A DNA stretch of 64,000 nucleotides from the NCBI GenBank assembly GCA_020632515.1, contig JACKFK010000008.1, positions 8,171 through 72,170 of the forward strand. Reading direction: 5' to 3'. The translations under genes were made by a program, and so were the position numbers. This stretch comes from Candidatus Omnitrophota bacterium. GTDB taxonomy: Bacteria > Omnitrophota > Gorgyraeia > Zapsychrales > Zapsychraceae. The notes under the pieces were generated by a model. The model saw only the letters and a list, made by a program, of their open reading frames with translations. It was not told the origin of the DNA and did no database searches. This document shows positions 58,176 through 64,000 of the stretch, piece after piece (positions within the stretch are counted from its first letter, which is position 1; every line of letters begins with the position of its first letter).

Positions 58176-58855
58176 ATGCCTAGAAGAGCGAGGGTCGTAT
58201 TGCCTGGATATTTATATCATGTTACACAACGAGGAAATAATCGACAATATATATTCCAAGATGATAACGATTATATTTTGTATTTGAAAAGGGTCGAAGA
58301 ATATAGGAAAAAATATACAATTGATATTTACGCCTATTGTTTAATGGGAAACCATGTGCATTTTATATTAAAACCTTATACTCAGGATGCAATGGCGAAA
58401 ATGTTTAGAGGTGTTAATATGCGCTATGCGCAGTATTATCAGAAAAAACTTTGGGAAGTGGACATGTATGGCAAGGACGATATTTTTCGTGTTTATTACA
58501 AGGGGAACATATAAAAGAAGCAGTAAAATATGTGGAATTAAATCCTGTTAGGGCCAAAATGGTTAGTAAGGCCTGGCATTACTCATGGTCAAGTGCACGA
58601 GCGCATACTGGAAAGAAATATAACTGGATTACACTGTCCAATATAAATAAAATTTTAACTGTAAGTAATTGGAAACAATTTCTTGAAGAATCTGAAAATA
58701 AAGATTTCTTACAGAAGTTGCGAATGAGAACAAAAAGTAATATGGTTCTAGGGGCAGAGGAGTTTATTTTGAAATTAGAAAGATTGCTAAATCGTAAGAT
58801 TCTACCAAATCCAAATGGAAGGCCTCAAAATAAAAAAAGTAGGGTCCGTCCCTAG
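58176..58855 (+). pseudogene. REP-associated tyrosine transposase (RayT)/IS200-like Y1 transposase, interrupted by a frameshift at an A6 run
   Basis: MPRRARVVLPGYLYHVTQRGNNRQ, HUH motif NHVHFIL in frame 0; GHVWQGRYFS and YVELNPVRA (catalytic Tyr region) in the -1 frame; frames switch at AAAAAA 58443-58448. Confidence 0.8.
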
Positions 58856-58917
58856 TTATTCCTAGTTATTCCTAGTTATTACCTAGTTATTACCTAGTTA
58901 TTACGTCCCTAGTTATT
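58851..58917 (+). repeat. tandem array of the 10/11-nt unit CCTAGTTATT(A)
   Basis: Six copies read directly; the unit is the outer part of the right inverted repeat, and the last copy regains CGTCCCTAGTTATT. Confidence 0.9.
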
Positions 58918-58940
58918 ATATTTAATATTAATATTATTAT

Positions 58941-58978
58941 TAAAAATAAAAAAAATAAAATAAAATAAAATAAAATAA
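58941..58978 (+). repeat. A-rich microsatellite including (TAAAA)4
   Basis: TAAAAATAAAAAAAATAAAATAAAATAAAATAAAATAA read directly. Confidence 0.9.
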
Positions 58979-59009
58979 TCTATAAACATATAAAAGGTAT
59001 AGGTCTCTT

Positions 59010-59390
59010 ATGAAAGATAATACAGCATTCTTAAATATTGATCTTGACTTGGTTTGTTCTGAAAATTTAAATCCATTGCTTTCTGAAATACAAAATAAAA
59101 CTTTTAATCTTTATAATAAAAAACATAATGGAGTATATAAAGTTTCTATAGAGATTAATGAACAACAAAATACTCCTGAAAAAACATTGATAGAATTTTG
59201 TGAAATAATTGAGAAATTAACCCCAAAATCAAAAAAAATATGGAAAAAATGTACAAAAAAATGTTTTAATATTGGATTTGAATCTAAAAATGGTTCTCAT
59301 GAATATTTAACAAAGATTACAACATCAACATTAAAGCGAGTGGTAAGGCTAGAAGCTGATATTGAAATGACAATTTATTCGTTTTCTTAA
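59010..59390 (+). CDS. hypothetical 126-aa protein (orphan; possibly toxin-immunity-type cargo)
   Basis: Open frame in about 22-25% GC DNA, weak RBS, no motif I can name; lies between Rhs fragments. Confidence 0.4.
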   Translation: MKDNTAFLNIDLDLVCSENLNPLLSEIQNKTFNLYNKKHNGVYKVSIEINEQQNTPEKTLIEFCEIIEKLTPKSKKIWKKCTKKCFNIGFESKNGSHEYLTKITTSTLKRVVRLEADIEMTIYSFS

Positions 59391-59396
59391 AAAATT

Positions 59397-59738
59397 GTTG
59401 ATCCAGTCAACCGTACAACACAATTTAGACATGATAGTGCTGGAAATTTAATTGAAATCATCGATCCAGATAATAGTAAACGACAATTTGGTTATGATTC
59501 ACGGCATCGATTAATCAGGCAAACGGATAAAAGAAGTTTTACAACCACGTATGAATATAATTTTGCCGGACGGGTTAAACAATCAAACTTACCTGATGGA
59601 TCTACACGTCAAGTATCTACCATTCAATCGGTTGGTTTATCGGATATAGCCAACGAGAAGGGGACAGGCACCGATAGTGCCTGTCCCCTTATGTTCCCCT
59701 TATGTTCAAATAATTCAAGATTTTATGAAGATCTTTAA
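59397..59738 (+). pseudogene. Rhs/YD-repeat fragment
   Basis: No start codon; VDPVNRTTQFRHDSAGNLIEIIDPDNSKRQFGYDSRHRLIRQTDKRSFTTTYEYNFAGRVKQSNLPDGS shows three YD repeats, then degenerates. Confidence 0.75.
59660..59688. terminator. strong hairpin between the convergent island and the helicase
   Basis: GGGGACAGGCAC-CGATA-GTGCCTGTCCCC, 12-bp perfect stem; followed by the tandem duplication CCCTTATGTT x2; no clean T-run on either strand. Confidence 0.4.
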
Positions 59739-59804
59739 ACTTAATATAAAGTTCTATAGCAAGTCAATAACTGCTTTTTATATAGACTCAAAGGATTCTT
59801 TAAT

Positions 59805-62045
59805 CTAATCCTCCCATCCATCAGGTTCGGAGGATTTTTTGCTGGTTTGAAACTGCGGTTCAGGTTTGGTCAGGGTTTGCTGAATAATGCTTTTGGCCAG
59901 GGTTTTTCCAACGCCTTTGATGTTGCCCAACTCATCCGCGGAAACATAATGAAAGTCGCTCATCTTTTTATAACCTTTTCCAAAAAGAATACGCGCGCGA
60001 ACGCGTCCTACGCCTTTGAGCGAAATGATGTCTAACAATTCTTCCTTAATGCCATAACGCACACGGGTGCGCAGATCACCTAAATGAAAGGTGAGTTTGC
60101 GTTTATGCAAAAGTTCAGCCACGCGGCTGGCAGCGTAGAGCAGCCAGTTGGTCGATTCCACATATCGATAGATATCTCCTGGGCCGATGCCGAATTGATC
60201 ACAGATTTTATCTTCCCGTTCTTCATCAATCCACTGACATAACAGCCAGGTGGTTTTGATCGTGGAGAGATACATGTAATAATCATCCAATTGAGCACAG
60301 TTTTCCGGAGCAAGGATAAAGTCATCATGAAAATGGGAAGCAAAGTGTTCAAGATGTTCTAAATCTTTTTTGCCGGTTTTCATCAGCGGACCATCGGGGG
60401 TGCAGGTGATCATATGGAGAAGGCCAACCGAAGAAATCGGTTGGTTTAAATTAATCAGTTTAATGCCGTCACGCAGAATAATTGAGGTGAGCGGGTCGAT
60501 ATAAAGCCGGCTGGTTAAACTGCCCAAAGGAGTAGTGAAGAAACGAAAACCGCTTTTTTCAATAAATTGTTCGCGGTGAAGAAAATCGAAGATTTCGCTG
60601 ATTAACGATAAAAGATCCATATGCTGTTTTTGGTAATGAAGAAACGTGTGGGCAATAAATTCCAGCATGCCTTTGACATCATAAACATATCCGCCAGCGA
60701 TGGATGCCAGGATGTGGATGCGCAGAGCTGCTTCGTCGCTTAATTTCGAAATGACAGGTTCAGGTTCAGCCAAGATATAACGTTCAAAAAGCGTGTCCAT
60801 CTCGGAATGGGTTTTGGCTATAAGCACGGCTTCGCCGTAATCATCGTATTGCGGACGGCCGGCGCGTCCGGCGCATTGCTTGTATTCCGACGTGGGAATA
60901 AAGGCTGCGCCCAAGCCGACTTCAAATCGTTTGCAGTCACGGATAATTGCTCGTCGGGCTGGAAGGTTGACGCCGGCTGCCAGCGTTGGTGTGCAGCCGA
61001 TTACTTTGATTAGGTTTTTTTTAAAGTTTTCTTCAATAAGTTCGCGCTGCTGCGGTTTTAATCCGGCATGATGAAAGGCTGCGCCGTTTCGCACCACATC
61101 AGCTAATTTCCGGCAAACGTTAGTTTGATCTGCAGAGTTACCTGCCATTTTGGCGGCTAAAAGTTTTAATTGTTCTTTTTCGTCAGGAGATAGAATTTTG
61201 CTGACGCTGGCGGAAACTTGACGGCTGACCGCTTGCGCCGAACGGCGTGAATTAACAAAGATTAATACCTGGCCTTGGCCGCGTAATGTATCAAGTGTTA
61301 ATTTGCTGACATCATCAGGTTCTTCTTCTGTAATTATTTTCTCACCGGAGTCTTCAAATGAAATAGTTTCCTGAAAGTAGACGCCTTCTTTAAGCGGGAT
61401 AGGGCGCCAGGTGCTTTTGACAAGATTCGCATTGAGCCAGCCAGCCATTTCATCAGCGTTTTTAATCGTCGCGCTTAAGCCAAGAAATTGGATTTTGGGA
61501 TTCAGTTGTTTAATGCGGGCTGTTAAAATTTCCATGGTGGGTCCGCGGGAACCGTCGTTGATAAAATGAATTTCATCCAAGACAACAACAGAAAGAGAAT
61601 CAATCAACCATTTTGCTTTGGAGCGGATGAGAGAGTCAACTTTTTCCGCTGTCGCCACCAGAATGTTGTATTTGTTAAGCGAACGGCTGGGGGAATCTAA
61701 ATCACCGATTGCCAACCCCACATTAATATTTAAATCTACGTATTTATTTTTAAAATCGTTGTATTTTTCACTGGCCAGGGCTTTGAGCGGGGCAATGTAT
61801 AAACAGCGTCCGCCATTGTGAACAATTGAGCGCAGCATGCATAGTTCCGCCATTAATGTTTTTCCAGCCGCGGTTGGAACGGACATCAGAATACTGTTTC
61901 CTTTAAGTAATCCTTGATTGATCGCTTCTTGTTGAGGTGGATATAAATTTTCAATGCCGGAGGATTTATAAATCTCGATGATTTTGTCGGAAAAATTGTG
62001 GTCTCGTAAGACTTGGAGGAGATTCATGGTGAATTGTTTTAACAT
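59805..62045 (-). CDS. Hel308/Ski2-like superfamily-2 DNA helicase
   Basis: GIENLYPPQQEAI, PTAAGKT, VVLDEIHF, LSAT, QCAGRAGRPQYD, ratchet/Sec63-like middle region, C-terminal helix-hairpin-helix LKGVGRVRARIL...IKGVGKTLAKSI. Confidence 0.88.
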   Translation of the reverse strand: MLKQFTMNLLQVLRDHNFSDKIIEIYKSSGIENLYPPQQEAINQGLLKGNSILMSVPTAAGKTLMAELCMLRSIVHNGGRCLYIAPLKALASEKYNDFKNKYVDLNINVGLAIGDLDSPSRSLNKYNILVATAEKVDSLIRSKAKWLIDSLSVVVLDEIHFINDGSRGPTMEILTARIKQLNPKIQFLGLSATIKNADEMAGWLNANLVKSTWRPIPLKEGVYFQETISFEDSGEKIITEEEPDDVSKLTLDTLRGQGQVLIFVNSRRSAQAVSRQVSASVSKILSPDEKEQLKLLAAKMAGNSADQTNVCRKLADVVRNGAAFHHAGLKPQQRELIEENFKKNLIKVIGCTPTLAAGVNLPARRAIIRDCKRFEVGLGAAFIPTSEYKQCAGRAGRPQYDDYGEAVLIAKTHSEMDTLFERYILAEPEPVISKLSDEAALRIHILASIAGGYVYDVKGMLEFIAHTFLHYQKQHMDLLSLISEIFDFLHREQFIEKSGFRFFTTPLGSLTSRLYIDPLTSIILRDGIKLINLNQPISSVGLLHMITCTPDGPLMKTGKKDLEHLEHFASHFHDDFILAPENCAQLDDYYMYLSTIKTTWLLCQWIDEEREDKICDQFGIGPGDIYRYVESTNWLLYAASRVAELLHKRKLTFHLGDLRTRVRYGIKEELLDIISLKGVGRVRARILFGKGYKKMSDFHYVSADELGNIKGVGKTLAKSIIQQTLTKPEPQFQTSKKSSEPDGWED

Positions 62046-62212
62046 AATCCAAAAAGCTTGTCAATTGCAGAAGGGCGGATAGGAGACAGGTAAATTAATT
62101 TCGGTAAACTTGTTTGCTTGTCCCCTATATTTTTCAGTCTGCTCCTAAGGAGAGCATAATATACGACCATACCCCGATAAATTACTACGTAATTTACGGG
62201 GTTAATTCGCAT
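62039..62212 (-). CDS. candidate 57-codon upstream ORF coupled to the helicase (uncertain)
   Basis: AAAGGAG 12 nt before the ATG; MRINPVNYVVIYRGMVVYYALLRSRLKNIGDKQTSLPKLIYLSPIRPSAIDKLFGLC; its TAA overlaps the helicase ATG (ATGTTAA). The same DNA also folds into hairpins, so it may be RNA rather than coding. Confidence 0.25.
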   Translation of the reverse strand: MRINPVNYVVIYRGMVVYYALLRSRLKNIGDKQTSLPKLIYLSPIRPSAIDKLFGLC

Positions 62213-62377
62213 TTCTAATTTATGCTCCTTTCAGTCGCATAAATTAAATGCTCATTAATAAATATCTTGTAATTATTCTTAATCAAGGTATTATTTACTA
62301 GAAATAAGAATTAAAATCTAAAACAATCCTCGCATAAACTAGCCTTTAGGCCAGAGGTTTGTGTCGCGGTTAAATTT

Positions 62378-62815
62378 ATGAAACTTATTCTCCAGCGAGT
62401 TAAACACGCACAGGTCGAAGTTCAAGCAAAGATTGTTGGTAAGATTGATCAAGGGCTCTTGGTTTTTCTTGGGGTCGCAGAGGATGATTCCAGTGAAGAT
62501 GTTCGCTATTTGGTTGATAAAATCATTCAGTTGCGGATTTTTGATGACGCTCAAGGAAAAATGAACTTGAGTGTTGTTGATTTAGGGGGGAGTGTTTTGG
62601 TGGTTTCGCAATTTACCCTTTATGGCGACTGCCGCAAAGGCCGACGGCCATCTTTTGATCAAGCTGCGGCGCCAGCCAAAGCCGAACAGTTATATAATGA
62701 GTTTGTCGAACTATTGAGACAGAAAAAGATTGATGTGGCAACGGGTCAGTTTAAAGCCATGATGGATGTCTCGCTCATCAATGATGGACCGGTAACTTTT
62801 ATTTTAGAGTCATAA
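62378..62815 (+). CDS. dtd: D-aminoacyl-tRNA deacylase
   Basis: [32 protein letters not shown]. Confidence 0.95.
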   Translation: MKLILQRVKHAQVEVQAKIVGKIDQGLLVFLGVAEDDSSEDVRYLVDKIIQLRIFDDAQGKMNLSVVDLGGSVLVVSQFTLYGDCRKGRRPSFDQAAAPAKAEQLYNEFVELLRQKKIDVATGQFKAMMDVSLINDGPVTFILES

Positions 62816-62893
62816 GCTATGAGTGGCTCGGGCCTCGTGGCTCAAAATTTGTAAATTACAGAGTCACAAGCAACGAGACATACATATTACACT
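62816..62893 (+). repeat. intergenic repeat, copy B (fills the whole dtd-tatD spacer)
   Basis: See copy A; same orientation, same position flush against the downstream ATG. Confidence 0.65.
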
Positions 62894-63676
62894 ATGCAAA
62901 CATACGACACACACGCCCATTTAGATCATTTGGAAAATTTTGAACAGGCCTTAAACAACGCGCAACAAGCCGGGGTTAAAGGCATTGTTGCGGTAAGTAT
63001 GGATTTGGCTTCTTGTCGAAAGAATTTAGAGATTAAACAGACGACGCCGAATCCGCGGATTTTTTTAGGGATGGGTATGCATCCCAGTGAAGCAAATTTG
63101 GAAGATTTGCCCGCGTGTTTAGATTTAGCTCGAAAGCATCGGCAAGATTTAACTGCGATTGGTGAAATCGGTTTGGATTTTTGGTATAAATGGGTGCGTA
63201 AAGATCAGGAAAAAAAAGATCAACAGCGTCAGGTTTTTAAGGCTTTTCTGGAATTGGCTAAGGAATTAGATTTGCCGGTTGTAATTCATTCTCGCGGAGC
63301 GTGGCGGGAATGTTTTGAAACCACGAAAACTGTCGGGATTAAAAAAGCAAATTTTCATTGGTACAGCGGACCGATCGATGTGTTAAATGATATTATGGGC
63401 GCGGGGTATTTTGTATCAACAACACCAAATCTTGCGTACAGCGAACCTTCACGCGAAGCCATTGCCCAGGCGCGTAATGAACAAATTTTAATTGAAACAG
63501 ATTGTCCGGTATATTTTCGTAACCCATCGACGGAAGAAGGGTTTAAAGCCGAGCCGAAGGATGTGTTTAAAACCCTGCAGGCTTTTTGTGAATTAAAACA
63601 GATGGAAAAAGAAGAAGCGGTTGCGCGTTTAAATCAGAACGCGGAAGAATTTTTTAATATAAAGGAGCCTTCATGA
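62894..63676 (+). CDS. TatD-family metal-dependent hydrolase
   Basis: YDTHAHLD, IGEIGLDF, VVIHSR, FHWYSG, ETDCP. Confidence 0.9.
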   Translation: MQTYDTHAHLDHLENFEQALNNAQQAGVKGIVAVSMDLASCRKNLEIKQTTPNPRIFLGMGMHPSEANLEDLPACLDLARKHRQDLTAIGEIGLDFWYKWVRKDQEKKDQQRQVFKAFLELAKELDLPVVIHSRGAWRECFETTKTVGIKKANFHWYSGPIDVLNDIMGAGYFVSTTPNLAYSEPSREAIAQARNEQILIETDCPVYFRNPSTEEGFKAEPKDVFKTLQAFCELKQMEKEEAVARLNQNAEEFFNIKEPS

Positions 63677-64000
63677 AAAAGATTATCGCGATATTTATTA
63701 TTTTAATTTTACTTGGAGCTGCGGCTTTTTTTGGGTATCAGCATTTGAATAAGGATCAGCTTGCTATTGAGAATGTTTTAGAGCAAGACCCTGTTTTTTA
63801 TTTCAAGTTTTCTGACATTAATAAGAATATCAATGCTTTGGCGCAGTCGCCATTCTGGATGAAAATCGGCGCGATTCAATGGGATTTGGTTTTAGATGAA
63901 ATGAAATTAGCACCGCATGAGCGGGCGATTGTCGAGAAAGTTCAGCAGGAGTTATCCAATGTAACGCAAAATCCTCTTTTTCAGAATTTATTCAGTAAAG
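63672..64000 (+). CDS. hypothetical membrane-anchored protein, 5' part (runs off the window)
   Basis: ATG overlaps the tatD stop (ATGA); MKKIIAIFIILILLGAAAFFGY signal-anchor; frame open to the window end. Confidence 0.6.

Larger units (their letters stand above)
58069..58860 (+). mobile_element. RayT/IS200-like (Y1 HUH transposase) element bounded by perfect 21-bp inverted repeats
   Basis: AATAACTAGGGACGGACCCTA at 58069-58089 is the exact reverse complement of TAGGGTCCGTCCCTAGTTATT at 58840-58860; each repeat contains a small TAGGG/CCCTA hairpin. Confidence 0.8.

Noticed and set aside
58851-58978. Short tandem repeats considered as a possible CRISPR-like array
   Set aside because: The units are only 10-11 nt and 5 nt, directly abutting with no spacers. 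They are slippage products of the transposon's inverted repeat plus an A-rich microsatellite.
59805-62045. Helicase considered as the HamB component of a Hachiman defence pair
   Set aside because: No HamA/DUF1837-like ORF flanks it on the same strand. The N-terminal LYPPQ motif and C-terminal HhH domain fit genuine Hel308 better. This is kept only as an alternative to test by phylogeny.

Overview
This is a 64-kb stretch of a compact, AT-rich bacterial chromosome. Almost all genes are on the + strand and packed tightly, with many overlaps of 1-90 nt. It opens in the distal spc operon (L18, S5, L15, SecY, Adk, Map, IF-1, L36) and the alpha operon (S13, S11, S4, RpoA, L17). It then runs through ordinary housekeeping genes:
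- Central metabolism: aspartate aminotransferase, isocitrate dehydrogenase-like, PFK, pantothenate kinase.
- Cofactors and aromatic amino acids: LipB, ThiE, AroQ, AroB.
- Fatty acid synthesis and translation: AccB/AccC, EF-P, HisRS, AspRS.
- Envelope: GmhA and a heptose adenylyltransferase, plus a three-gene glycolipid-like cluster.
- Replication, repair and chaperones: UvrB, DnaE, HU, RecO, groES/groEL behind CIRCE operators.
- Purines and RNA maturation: a GuaB-related protein with GuaA, PhoH-PgpH-YbeY, Dtd, TatD.

There is one tRNA (Gly-CCC), no rRNA and no CRISPR array.

The only clearly accessory segment is about 57.9-62.4 kb. It holds a very AT-rich island (about 22-25% GC in the 60-nt lines I counted by hand, against about 45-60% in flanking genes). 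The island contains two disconnected Rhs/YD-repeat fragments, a frameshifted RayT/IS200-like tyrosine transposase flanked by perfect 21-bp inverted repeats, short tandem repeats, and an orphan 126-aa ORF. Next to it is a lone minus-strand archaeal/eukaryotic-type Hel308/Ski2 helicase. That helicase is preceded by a 330-nt hairpin-rich spacer containing an unlisted 57-codon ORF whose stop overlaps the helicase start.

Other points worth a second look:
- A bacterial-type AspRS that precisely lacks the GAD insertion domain.
- An Arch_ATPase/DUF234-like ATPase followed by four nucleotide hydrolases.
- A roughly 75-nt intergenic element present twice.
- A ThiE N-terminal domain split off in a different frame.
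- A free lipoyl domain after LipB.
- An ExeA/GspB pair beside two PilZ genes.
- Lysine-rich tails on several core proteins.

Lineage is inference only: the gene content and a PVC-type small basic protein suggest an uncultivated, possibly PVC/Omnitrophota-like bacterium. All calls come from reading the translations and the DNA by eye. No database search was run.
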